NCBI RefSeq assembly: GCF_947568905.1
Contig: NC_079167.1
Span: 59,458,001 to 59,522,000 of the forward strand
Source: Ostrea edulis
Taxonomy: Eukaryota
Length of the DNA stretch: 64,000 nt
Direction of reading: 5' to 3'
This document shows positions 34,205 to 62,552 of the stretch, one piece after another; the stretch's first letter is position 1; each line of letters opens with the position of its first letter. The notes beneath the pieces are model-generated. The model made no database searches and was not told where the DNA came from. It saw nothing but the letters and a program-made list of their open reading frames with translations. A program made the position numbers and the translations under genes.

Positions 34205-35675
34205 TATATATAGGACTACATGTATCTATGATTTACACCCCCCCCCCCCCCAAAGTGATGTGGAAACCTCAAACGACTGCACTTTAAAGTTTAAGGCCAC
34301 TTGCTACAAACTAAGAATTGGATGCATGGTAGGCCTAGATATTTGGGGGGGGGGGGGGGGGTTATTGTGGTTGTAATATTAGTATTAAATTCCTAGAATA
34401 TTAGAAACTTGTAAATTTTCTATGATGTTCAAAAATTGCGATATATAAATCCCGAGATAACTTTATACAAAGTTCCTCACTGAATTGAATATGTAACAGA
34501 AATCGTGGTCAAAAAATTGAATTCCATCCGGTGAAATTTATTTATTTTACTTACATAGGCCTAAACATAAATTTAGTGTTCATTTTCATCATTTTCGAAA
34601 AAAAGTTTGTGTGTAGCAAGTGACCTTAGATTTTCCTTGCATAACCACAATGTGAAAATTTTCCATCGCCCAGTCATGCACAGGTCATGTACAGGTGTGT
34701 CTTGTGAAAGCCAAATTGAATGTTCAAAAAGTATACATCTCTCCGTGAAATCTACTCCATCTAATATTATATCTCAAGATACAATCAACAGGCCGTCGGA
34801 TTCTCCTTCTAGATTGAGGTGCTTCAGTCATGCAACATGCAAGGCCAGGTCTATATTTGGTCTCCATGCAATATTCCAAAAAGCGCTTGTTTCATTTACA
34901 TATCGTGCAAGTTCTGAAAAATTGGTTTGCAAAATTTTAACAAGTGTACTGAGAAGATGCACTTGATTTCAAAGATTTATTCATAGTAAATGGACGTTCT
35001 CACATTACAGCGACACGTATACGCGATTGGATGACGATAAATGTCCATGTAGGGACATTATGACCATGCATGGAAAACCGAAGGGGGATTGTCCCTTCTC
35101 TTGTGTATAATTGGTCAAAATTTGCATACAATTCACCTTGAACTCTTAAGTGCAATAGAAGTCTAAAATCGGATAAAGCTGGCTATGTACCTTTAAAATA
35201 GAATTATTTGGTACATGATTGATTCATCAATGTATAAGTGGATAAGAAGCTACTTCTTATAATTTACATTTTGAAATAATTATAAAAAAATACTATGATA
35301 AGTTTACGGTTAAGAACATTCATTAAACGAATAATTTTAAAGCTTTCCATGATATTGACCCCTTTACCAATTGTTAATATTCATGTAGTGCAAATAATTT
35401 CCGATGTCCTTTACTCTGTCAATGATTTAAATTCGATGATCTATTCAAAGAGTGTTTTAAAGCAACTGATCAAAACAAAGACGTAGATTTACATTTCTAA
35501 TCGAAATTATTATTTATTCCGTGTCTTAAGACTCTTGCGTTGATTAGACAGCCCATTCCGTTAACCCGTTTAAACTGCCCTGAGTAGTAGGTCTTGGTCA
35601 ATGAAGGATACCGTACAGGAAGGAGGTTGACAGATACTCAATCCCGTGTAAAGCAAATTTACCAGTGCTTTCACT

Positions 35676-51517
<15,842 letters not shown>

Positions 51518-54500
51518 TAGTGGAGGAATTACATCTGTGATAAATTGTTGTCAGAGGAAAACTTAGTGCTGTGAAAATTGCTACATTTTGTATGTGTACA
51601 TTTATAGATTTTCCTACACCTGATCTTCACACAGGTCTTATTAATCTCCTATTAACTATTCGTAATTTGTAAGATGTCTAACAAACAGCAAAGGGCTTTT
51701 TATACTGTATTTATACAACATTTAAGAAGAAAAGTGAAAGATGTAATTTACACACATAAACATGTATATAATTTACATATATATATATATATATAAGTAA
51801 AAATAATAAAAGAGAAACACGAAGACGCTATTTATAACATAATGTCGCCATGCTACAAAATATAAAGCTTCTGAAGATTGGAAATGAAAACACTAAAGCT
51901 TTATTAAATGTCTTCATGTTTATTTTTTGATTTTTTACACACAAACATGCACACACATGTGCGGCTTTCCTTTTTCATGCCCAGTTTGGAAGATAATGAC
52001 TCGACCATTAAAATGCTGAAAGCCTTTGATTGTACTTCCTATTCATCACCAAATTAGGAACCCCTTGTATTCTCTCCTGAGATACTTTTCCCCAATTCCT
52101 ATTTGCAAACAACTTAATGAATTGTGTGATGATTGCTATTAATAATGATTCATGTTATAAATTTTGTACAGTTCATTTAATCAAGGACAAAATTGTAAAT
52201 TATAAAGGGACAAGGTTTTCCCCCCAGGATTATGGGCATTGTATTTCTTTTGTTAGTTTTATAATAATTTCTATTCACTGATTTCTATAAGGAATATGAG
52301 CTACTCTCTACTGATATTAAAACTTTACAAAAAGAACAGACCAAATGCTAAAGCTTACTGAAATTTTCCCCGCGTTTGCTTTTGTGCCTTGGTTTGTCTT
52401 TGTTAATTTTGGCGATTTCATTTTTCTGTTCAGCTGTTTACCTCAGGAAAATTGTTCCACTCTGATGTATTTTTGAAAATTAGATATCTGAAGGATATTA
52501 TAGATGAATGTATATGCAATATTTATCATTATTGGTTATCTTATTCTAGACGATCTGTTCAGTACAGGAATCTCCCAGCATTTTTTTTTATAGGTGTTCC
52601 AGCACATCTCATTTAATTTCTAATTATTTTTTTATTCCCATTGTTTTTTATCTTCATGACTCTTAAGTGCTGCTTTATAACAGTATTCATCATTTTTGTT
52701 TTCTGTTGATGATGAAATATTTCCTTTACACCAGAAACCATTTGTCTTTCTACATCTTGAGGTATTCATTTCTCAATGAATGTACATTACACTGTGACAT
52801 GTTACATTTGTGTTACTCCATGGGTATTATAATTTTAATAAACCATTATAAAAATACATTTGTGAACCTTGCCTTTTTGTAAAGAGCAGTTTGGTTTGGT
52901 TTGAACATATTTTACTGTAATATGATTACAAAGGGATTTGCATGTGCACAAGTTCTGAAAACTTAAGCCCCCCCCCCCCTTCCCTAAATACTTGGTAAAG
53001 AGCGACATCCTTGTTTCCAACGAGCAGTTTTCTTGAAACTAGAGAGGATCAATTTCAAATGTTGTTTATACAGTTCATAGACAGTACCAAAGTTTGCTGG
53101 TTGTTGCAAAAAAAAAGTGCTGTTTCAAGATGCTTTATTTCAATTTATAATGGACCCTCAAGCATACGGTGATACTAATGACAATTTGTGAATGAGAATA
53201 TACGCAACAATAACAAGAATGGCTAAATTTTCATGTTACATTATTATAATATACACTGTATAATACACAATGGAAACTTTAATTTAACATGGAAGGTTGT
53301 TGGAGAAAAAAGATATTGCATATATTTACCGCTATATTAGAGCGACCCTGATCACCAGCGACAGCGATCACTGCTACACCTGTAGTCCGACACTCCGATA
53401 GTCCGTTAATTTGTGGACACATTAAGAGATCGCTATGTAATAGGCAGCAGAAAACAGGATTAAGTGCCGTGTGCCAGAGCGATTTTTTACGTCACAATAG
53501 CAAAACGGAAAACTTTGAACGGGTTCGACCTACATCGGGTACCTGTAAAGTGCGAAACGAAACGAAACGAAATCTACCGAAACGTAACCCACCGAAACGA
53601 GACGAAACAGATTGTATAACCGAACTCTATTAATTATAATAATTAATAATGGTGTATAAACCGAACTCTATTAATTATAATAATTAAAAATGGTATCTTA
53701 AGCCCCTGTTAAAGTTACCACATATAAATAAAATTCGCCTCCCCATTGATCGGCTTGACAGATACGAAGTTTTAAAAGTTGGAAGGGGGTGAGTAAGCAC
53801 AAAGTTCATATCCGAAGTTGATTGAATACCATGTGCAATTAATTTCGGATCCATATATTTTAGAACAGAGGATTACAATTCGGCATAAATACACGTTTCA
53901 GTTCAGTATTTGTTGCTCTGAAGACAAATCTATGTGTACATGTGGATATTGTGTATTTGTATGTAGTATATCAAACGGTGGATTCTGAGTATGTCTTCCC
54001 GTTCTCTTTGTAATTTCTGCTTCCCTTGTTCATAAGCCTTTTGAGTTTACAAAATGCTGACCTCCTCCTGATATTGCATAAAAAATTCTGTGTTCCGTCC
54101 CGTTTTCAATTCCCCGTCTTAGCAACACCACAAATGTATAGAGTTATATTTAGGCTCACTACATATCAATAATAATGTATATATATCTTACCTAATTGCA
54201 TTCATATAATATGGTATACTATGTAACTTTTTCCATTATTGAAAGTACTCGCACCTCAGCAGTTAGAGATAAAATAAAAGGTTAAGAGCTCTTCCTGCTT
54301 TCAAATTTCGCAGACACCAGTTTCTTCAAATAATGTATCTATATGCCCAAAGGCGGATCCAACGCCAGCGACCCCACCCCTTGTTTAGTGTGTTTCGCCA
54401 GACCTCTGAGACTGCAACTCTCCGTTCTGATCCCCTCCCCACTTTTTAAAATTGTTCCCTTTCTTCTTTTTTTACATGTTAGAACTCTTTTTGATCCGGC

Positions 54501-55379
54501 TGCCCCCCGAACAAATAGCTAATTCGTCGGAACAAATAGCTAATTCGTCGGAACAAATACATCTGTACCTAATTTGTCCGAACAAATAGCTAATTCGTCC
54601 GAACGAATAATATATTTATATATGGCCTTTCTACGCCGCCGTAGGTTCACACTTGAATGATTTTGGTCAAAAATTGATTGTCTGATTAATAATCAGGCCG
54701 TGTCGATTTTGGCGGTTTCTGGTAATTTCCATAAAATAATGCCTGACATGAATAAATTTTCACTCTGTTAATTAAAATTTTTGGTGATGGTCAACATATC
54801 GGACCGTCGGAATATTGAACCATCGGACTATCGGACCGTCGGACTACCGGCCCGTCGGACTATCGGACCGTCGGAATACTGGGCTTGAACCCTCGTTCTC
54901 TGTGTGTGTGTGTGTTACCAAGAGCATATCAGGAATTATTTTGTCAACAAAAAAACAGCAAAAGAATGCGATGAATTTCAACGGAAAAGGGGATAATTGA
55001 CATTTGTGAAGTTTTGTTTTTCGAATCGGATTTCCTGCGTTCAACGTTACGTTTAGTGATGTAGCAGTACATGAATCGTCACACAGCATGGTGTAGGGGG
55101 TGTGTTCCACCCTCGTAACACATCGCTCTGACGCGCTGCCCAGAAATATGCGTTGCGTCTCTTGGTCTGCTGGTACCCGTAACATGACCACGTCATTACT
55201 CATATTCCCTTGGGGTGCGGAGTAAACGGAAGTCATTCACTAACTTTCATGTGTCAGATATTTCTACGTCACTTGATGGATAGCATATAATTGAAATATA
55301 CACATTTTTCGCCAGAAACATACTAACTTTTGACGACTACACATCAAATTACTATAAGTTCAGAACTACGCAGAAAAAA

Positions 55380-56786
55380 ATGTGGAAAGTAACTTTAATT
55401 GCCGTGGTGACTTTGTTTGCGGGAACAAGTTTAGCACAGTTTAATAATTTTAACCAGCAAGGACCTCCACAGTTTGGGGGTGCCCAGAATCAACAGTCTG
55501 GTGGATTTCCTCAAAATTTTGGACAACAGAATCAAGGAGGAGGATTCCAGCCTCAGAATCAAGGTGGGTTCCCCAACCAAGGGCAGCAGCCCGGTGGCTT
55601 TCCAAATCAAGGCCAACAACCAGGGGGGAATTTTCCTCAGGGAGGACAGCAACCGGGATTTCCCCAACGTGACAATCAGGGAGGCGGCTTCCCTCAGGGT
55701 GGTCAGCAACCTGGTGGATTTCCGAACCAAAATCAAGGTTTACCGCCACAGAACCAAGGTGCTTTTCCGCCACAGAACCAAGGGGGATTTCCTCCACAGA
55801 ACCAAGGGGGATTTCCTCCACAGAACCAAGGGGGATTTCCCCCACAGAACCAAGGGGGATTTCCACCTCAGGGGCAGCAAAATGGTCCACAAGCAAATAG
55901 GCCGGGACTCGGAGGATTTCAGCCAAACGCCATTGGTGGGTTTGGAACTGTCGGCAACAGGTTTGGTAACCCTTTCGTTCCTGGAAATGTCCTTGGGGCC
56001 AATTTACCTGGTGCAAATGGAGCTGGAAATAATCAAAGTAAGTACACACAAAAAATTAACAAGGTTATAAAATTTATATTGTATTTTTGTTTTAAAAAAT
56101 GCATTTTAATTTTTATTACAGAAGGATTGTTTTATGATCCGCCGATTTATTTTCTAGCTGAATGTGTTTGCACAAATGTTAAAATCACCATCAATTTTTC
56201 GTGACTGATGTTATGATAGGTATATCTAATACACTTCCTTTAACATACCCGAATGTGTAATTACACCATTCTATATGTACAGATCAATTCACCGCCGGGG
56301 GGCAGCTGTTTATGAGCCTCTCACAGAACCCGAACAACTATCGCTACGCAACTTGTTACTTTAATTCGACGGAAAACAGTATCAAAGGACGGGCCGACTT
56401 CAGACAATTTGTAAGTTAATTTTATAAAAAGATGTTTTATTTTTTTTAAATTGCATAATATTTATGTGTAAAATTTAAGTTGCTTTGAAATGATTTTGTA
56501 GAGTCTTTATACTTTGGTTAATGTGCTCATTTGGAATTCTGATCACGACTTCGAAATTTTTTTTACAAGAACGTATTTTGTTTTAGTTGTTTGGTGACTC
56601 GGGGGTGGATATAAGAATTCAGGTGGTGGGACTTCCCACTTCACCTGTTGATACCCAGAGAGGAATTCATATTCACGAATTTGGAGACACCGGCGAGAGA
56701 TGTTCCCGAGTGGGACCTCATTTCAACCCCACTCAGTCCCGTCACGGTGGCAGAAACAGCTACCCATTGTAAGTACACCAGACCCT

Positions 56787-56853
<67 letters not shown>

Positions 56854-58057
56854 TGTTGTACATAATCAACGACGGGGATATTTTGTTCTTATTTCCTTGA
56901 TAATATTTTGAAAAATTAGTTTTATCAATAAATTGGTACCTTCATATTTCTAGCTTGCGTCATGTTGGAGACTTGGGGAACATGCTGCAGTCAGCCCAGG
57001 GCGTGACTTCTACACAGTTCAGAGATGAGGTCATTTCACTCCAGGGCCAGGGCAGTATTCTGGGCAGATCGCTGGTGGTAAGGATATATTTTTTCCAAAT
57101 GAAAAATACAAAACAAACAAAAAAAACCTTTATCTGTTTTTCTTGAATATAGATACAAATTTAAATAAGCAGTATAAAATTTATTTTCTCTATGTACATA
57201 AAATCAGCTGTTCTTCGGAGTATACCTGTTTCATGATTTTTACATATTTAATTCAAATGTAAGGAGGGATGAATTAGGTGTGATGTTTCTACGTAGAAAC
57301 CTTTTCTGGGAAAGCAATATAAAAAAATCTCTGATTATCCAGTCAATTAAAAAAAATGCAAGTAAACTTTATAGATTAATAACTTCTGTGGTTTCTAGAT
57401 AAAATTGGAGCGGGATGATGAAGGCACGGGAACAAACTCCAACAGTCAACAGAACGGGAACGCGCGCACCCCCATCGCCTGCTGCACGATCGGACGAGCC
57501 AGCCCCGCTAACTGGAGGACTCCATACTCCGAAGACGACCTGATGGTCATGTCCGGGGGAGCCTGGTCACCCAGCACAGGTAATTGATACAGATACACTG
57601 TTTTAGAGACCTTCCGATAATTTGTATGCTTTTGGGTGTTTCTTTTTATCAGTAAATGTGCACTATCCGGTAAAGTATTTGAAAATTGCCTTATCACATA
57701 CAATGATATTGATATCAGTAAGGAAGAGTTCTATGTCGACTTAGATATATCAGGCAGGGGGCATATACTATGACGACGTAAGTTCACTTTTGTCCTTGAA
57801 TTGTAGGTTCTAGTTCAGACACAAGCCTCCAGGGAGCCCAGTCTGGTGTGAACACGCAGGGAACACAGACCAGGGTCAACAATCAGGGAGCACCCACCAA
57901 TACCCAGGGAACACAGACAGGGTTCAACGCTCAGGGATCAGGTCTAGGGGGCAGAAATAGCTTTAATACAGGTGGATCACCGTTTTCAAATAACTTAGGA
58001 GGCGGATCTAACGCTGGACAGTCTTCCTTTGGTTTCTTAGGAAATCAAGGAAAATAA
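55380..58057 (+). CDS. Secreted extracellular-type Cu/Zn SOD-like protein B with a ~200-aa Q/G/N/P/F repeat arm, 6 exons, 507 aa
   Basis: Exons 55380-56037, 56283-56410, 56587-56768, 56954-57077, 57399-57579, 57807-58057 (1524 nt, GT-AG, phases 1,0,2,0,1). Signal peptide MWKVTLIAVVTLFAGTSLA. SOD motifs [75 protein letters not shown] at 58136-58141. Confidence 0.93.
56789..56851. repeat. Poly-C tract (~62 nt) in intron 3 of SOD-like gene B
   Basis: Uninterrupted C run starting ~20 nt after the exon 3 donor. Confidence 0.9.
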
Positions 58058-58290
58058 AGTTCCGTTTGTAAAATAAGTGTGTGAATGTGGTGAAAATGTG
58101 TTGCGAGTGCTTTGTTATTTATAAAATTTTTGTACAATAAATTTATAAATTGTTTCTCTTTCCTTCTCTTTTTGTGACAAGAAATCGGATCAGTGTGTGT
58201 CCGTCCTTCCGAATTCGCCTTATTGTTTTGTTAAAAAAAATATCGATTTGTTTTCACGTCCCATTCGATAATCTGTCACTCATGTAGGGA

Positions 58291-59427
58291 TGTCACCACT
58301 CATCAGCTGTAGGTGAAGAGGTCACCACTCATCAGCTGTAGGTGAAGACGTCACCACTCATCAGCTGTAAGTGAAGACGTCACCACTCATCAGCTGTTGG
58401 TGAAGAGGTCACCACTCATCAGCTGTAAGTGAAGACGTCACCACTCATCAGCTGTTGGTGAAGAGGTCACCACTCATCAGCTGTAAGTGAAGACGTCACC
58501 ACTCATCAGCTGTTGGTGAAGAGGTCACCACTCATCAGCTGTAAGTGAAGACGTCACCACTCATCAGCTGTTGGTGAAGAGGTCACCACTCATCAGCTGT
58601 AAGTGAAGACGTCACCACTCATCAGCTGTAAGTGAAGACGTCACCACTCATCAGCTGTAGGTGAAGACGTGATCACTCATCAGCTGTAGGTGAAGACGTC
58701 ATCACTCATCAGCTGTAAAGTGAAGAGGTGACCACTCACCAGCTGTAGGTGAAGACGTCACCACTCATCAGCTGTAGGTGAAGTGCCACAAAGTTTGACC
58801 TACGCTCTAGGTCGTAGCGTAGACAACGTCACCACTCATCAGCTGTAGGAGAAGATGTCACCAGTCAACAGCTGTAGGTGAAGACGTCACCACTCATCAG
58901 CTGTAGGTGAAGTGCCACAAAGTTTGACCTACGTTCTAGGTCGTAGTGTAGACAACGTCACCACTCATCAGCTGTAGGAGAAGATGTCACCAGTCAACAG
59001 CTGTAGGAGAAGACGTCACCACTCATCAGCTGTAGGTGAAGACGTCATCACTCACCAGCTGTAAGTGAAGACATCACCACTCATCAGCTGTAGGTGAAGA
59101 CGTCACCACTCATCAGTTGTATTAATCGGATCACGCGCTCATCATATTCCATAACCCGTTCATTTGCGGTTACGGGAATAGCCGAGTAGTTACGATTGCA
59201 GCTGTAGGTGAAGACGTCACCAGTCATCAGTTATAGGTGAAGTGCCAAAGTTTGACCTATGCTCTAGGCCGTAGCGTAGACAACGTCACCACTCATCAGC
59301 TGTAGGAGAAGACGTCACCAGTCAACAGCTGTAGGTGAAGACGTCACCACTCATCAGCTGTAGGTGAAGACGACACCATTCATCAGCTGTAAGTGAAGAC
59401 GTCACCACTCATCAGCTGTAGGTGAAG
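58291..59427. repeat. 29-bp satellite (~30 units) amplified from the 3' part of a minus-strand SINE
   Basis: Unit gtcaccactcatcagctgtaggtgaagac at 58292, 58321, 58350 and onward. It continues into SINE body sequence (gtgccacaaagtttgacctacg...gtcgtagcagtgaggg) and a tRNA-like head with B box (reverse GGATTCGATTCC) at ~59585-59600. Confidence 0.9.
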
Positions 59428-59640
59428 TGCCACAAAGTTTGACCTACGATCTAGGTCGTAGCAGTGAGGGCTCCTGTCCCAAAAAGATTCGTGACTCGCC
59501 TCTAATGCCGGACGCTTAACTAAGGAACAGTCACTACCTCAGATATTTTTAAAAACGTATTCGGTTTGACGCAGCGCCCATATTGGGAATCGAATCCGGG
59601 CCTACGGGTACCGATTGTGAAACGAGCGTCCCAAAATTTG

Positions 59641-60348
59641 GGGAACCAAATTAACATACACTCTTTGATTGAAGATTCTTTGTTTGAAGATATCATCAAT
59701 TCATTTGATGTGCCCAACAATTCAATTAAAGAGCTCTTCATATAATTAATGATATCCTCAATTCTGAATTATTTCGTATATTGCTTGTTGATAGCATTAA
59801 TTATTCTGCTTAGTTGATGAGCACAATAATTGACTTCATGCCGCTATAATTCTTCTACAGAGAGAGAGAGAGAGAGCAACTATTTAATGAGAGATGCCCT
59901 CCCTTTATATAACATCCACATTGAACTGATGGTCTTTAGGAATTGATGCGCACATGCAGGGCCGTAAATTACATGGAGGCGGAGGAGGCAGCTGCCTCCT
60001 TCAACTTTTGAGCCCCAAAAAATTAAAATTTAAAGTTCATTAGAATTTATATTGTTTCCAATAACTAAGAACATGATACCTCCCTTAAAAAGCATTCCAA
60101 ATCTTTCTTTTAGAATGAGTTAGTCAAGTAACATCTTAGAAGGGCCTAGAATCAAGGATTTTGCACGAAACGTGTTCAGTGTGCACAAAATGTGCTCAGC
60201 GTCTGGGGCCCCCCCAGACCTCCGCCTAATTTCCTGCCTCCTCCAAATTGAAGGTTAATTTACGGCCCTGACATGAATCCCTTAAAATTACAAAATCGTT
60301 GTAAATAAAAAGATATCTTCAATTACTTGAGTAATCTGGCGCTTCATA
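59641..60348. mobile_element. Old, degraded IS3EU-like MITE interrupted by a CAGGG MITE
   Basis: Left ggaaccaaattaacata, right tcttcaattacttgagtaatctggcgcttcata, with internal gatatcatcaattcatttga repeats. Confidence 0.5.
59957..60270. mobile_element. CAGGGCCGTAAATTA MITE with 5-bp TSD, copy 2
   Basis: Same TIR and body as 29815-30136, with TSD ACATG (59952-59956, 60271-60275). Confidence 0.9.
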
Positions 60349-62552
60349 CAAACTACTAGGTACCACTACCGGTATATACTGTACATCAGAAGACCTTGTA
60401 ACCTGTGCTTGTAGTATTTTTAGATTAATTTTTTTGTGTGCATTTTACCGCAAACTGCAACATAAAAATATACACATACTTGAAACAGAGGCTGCTCATG
60501 GCATGATCTAACCCCCAGACAAGGGACTGTGAATTTTGAGCAAAAATAATTGTCATGCTTAATTATTATCACTCATTATGCTTCGGATGGGTACTGATCT
60601 AATCCTAAAGGTCTTTGGAAAATGTCATGGTGACTTGGAAAAAAAAGTACATTGTATGTAATTTTTGTCTATTCCATTATAAAATAAGATGTACATACTT
60701 GGCAAAAAGTTTGCTCATCCTGATCAATGGTCATTTGGCCAATCTTAAGGCCACTAGAATGAATTCATATGTAATTTAGAGGAAAGCATATAATTTTTGT
60801 TGAAGCTGTATTTAGCAATGCTGAGCTAAGGTTATGACACAACTCTCATCAGAGGCCACTCAGTAAAGGACAAAGTTATTGGAATTTCAAATTCTCTTCC
60901 GAGCTGTTACTTCATAGTGCACAAAATTAATAAGTTCACACACATAAGCCAGGGATTACAATATGCCACATCTAGTTTGAAGGTGTCCGGTCAGGGGTAT
61001 AAGTGATGATTTCCAGTTTTTTTTTTAGTGTGCTTTGAAAGTGTCTTGCACGAAACAGATGAGCCAGAAAATACAGATTTATTTACATTTTATTTTTCAT
61101 AACATTCTCGCAACAACATGAATGTTCCGTCTCCCATCCGCTCACACACCATTAAATTCCTTTTTCCCTTTAAATGGAGAATCTCATGACTACTTGATGA
61201 AAAACTATTGCATTTTATGCTGGTAGGATATGTATATTTTTATAATGATTTAAAAATATCATCAAAATCATTCTTTTTAATGCAGGTATAATATGCACAA
61301 TACATTCATTTTCTATCTTAAAAGTCTGTTGCACACTCTATGAAAGAAATTTTACAAATAACTTTCTCCATGTCTGAAAAAATTGCAACTTCATGCTGCT
61401 AAGGATTGTTTTAAAAGTTTTCCCAATTGATTGTAAAACACACAACAAAGCGATAGCAACACTATTTTAAAACAGATCTACTTGCAATAGCATTTAAAAG
61501 TCACAAATCGTCTTTAAGCATATTTGTAACTTTCATACACCATTTTCTGTGAATACTGAAGATATATAAAAAAAAAAATCAGACTGGATATGCTCACTGG
61601 ATTATAAATAACAAGCTGTCAACTTTGATACCACCAATTCATTTAAATAAACACCCTAGCGATATTGTGTAAATGTGGATCTGTAATTTTCAATCATACT
61701 TCAGAACATAAATGTTTATACATTGTACCTGTTAACGTTTATTAAAAATCCTGATTTTGCCATTTTGAGAAAATCAAAATATACCCTGCTTCACGAATGA
61801 AAGAAGAGTGTTACAAAAACACTATTCAGTAACAAGACATAAATATCAACAAAAACACATATTGTTCATATAATAATCTCACAGGATATTAAATAGCACA
61901 TCTTCAAAAATACATACGGCATGTCTTCTCTTCAGCAAAAACAAACTTTGGCAAAATACAATTTTCCATTTGAGAATATGACTTTATCTTCATGTAAAAA
62001 CATCATCACATTAAAATGTACATATATATATATATACAATCAAATGCCACATCTATGTTAAAGAAAAAAAAAAAAGAAGAAAGAATTATCTAAATCTAAT
62101 ACTTTCATCACAGAAACATATCTCAAAGGCTGAGTATTTGTACTCTTCAGAAAATGATACAGCACATACTGGTTAAAAAAGGTCAGATTATTTCACAACA
62201 AAATATCTTTTATTAAAGACACCAAAATCCTACCATCATACATGCTTAATGCATCTCATTAAATAAAATATCACATTTTTTATCCTCAATAAAATGTAAC
62301 AAGTGACTTGACATACCCTTAAAGCAGAATTTTAAGCAAGGATTTAATTTTGGCATTATTAGCGAGAGTTTTGAATTTATGGTAGGTAATAGTTGTCTTT
62401 CTTGGAATCATGACGTTGCTAAAATTAGTTCTCACTATATAGTTTATAGAAAAATCACTAAAAATTCCACTTATAAGGTAATCTATTGCAAGACATGGCT
62501 GGAATACAGTTCATTATGTTCAGAAATTTGATCAGGGATTAAAATCACGGAG

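Noticed and set aside
34600-34975. Selenoprotein reading through the two TGA codons
   Set aside because: No start codon, no recognisable selenoprotein motif and no SECIS-like structure were identified.
56038-56204. Hydrophobic C-terminal extension of the 274-aa ORF (possible membrane anchor)
   Set aside because: It is read-through past a strong donor (caaa|gtaagt) whose phase matches the next exon. An intron-retained isoform cannot be excluded but has no support.
56648-56911. Poly-proline ORFs (formin/extensin-like)
   Set aside because: They translate the intronic poly-C tract after the gtaagt donor at 56769.
58291-59427. 29-bp repeat array as a CRISPR array
   Set aside because: Units are directly adjacent with no unique spacers, the DNA is eukaryotic, there are no cas genes, and the unit derives from a SINE.
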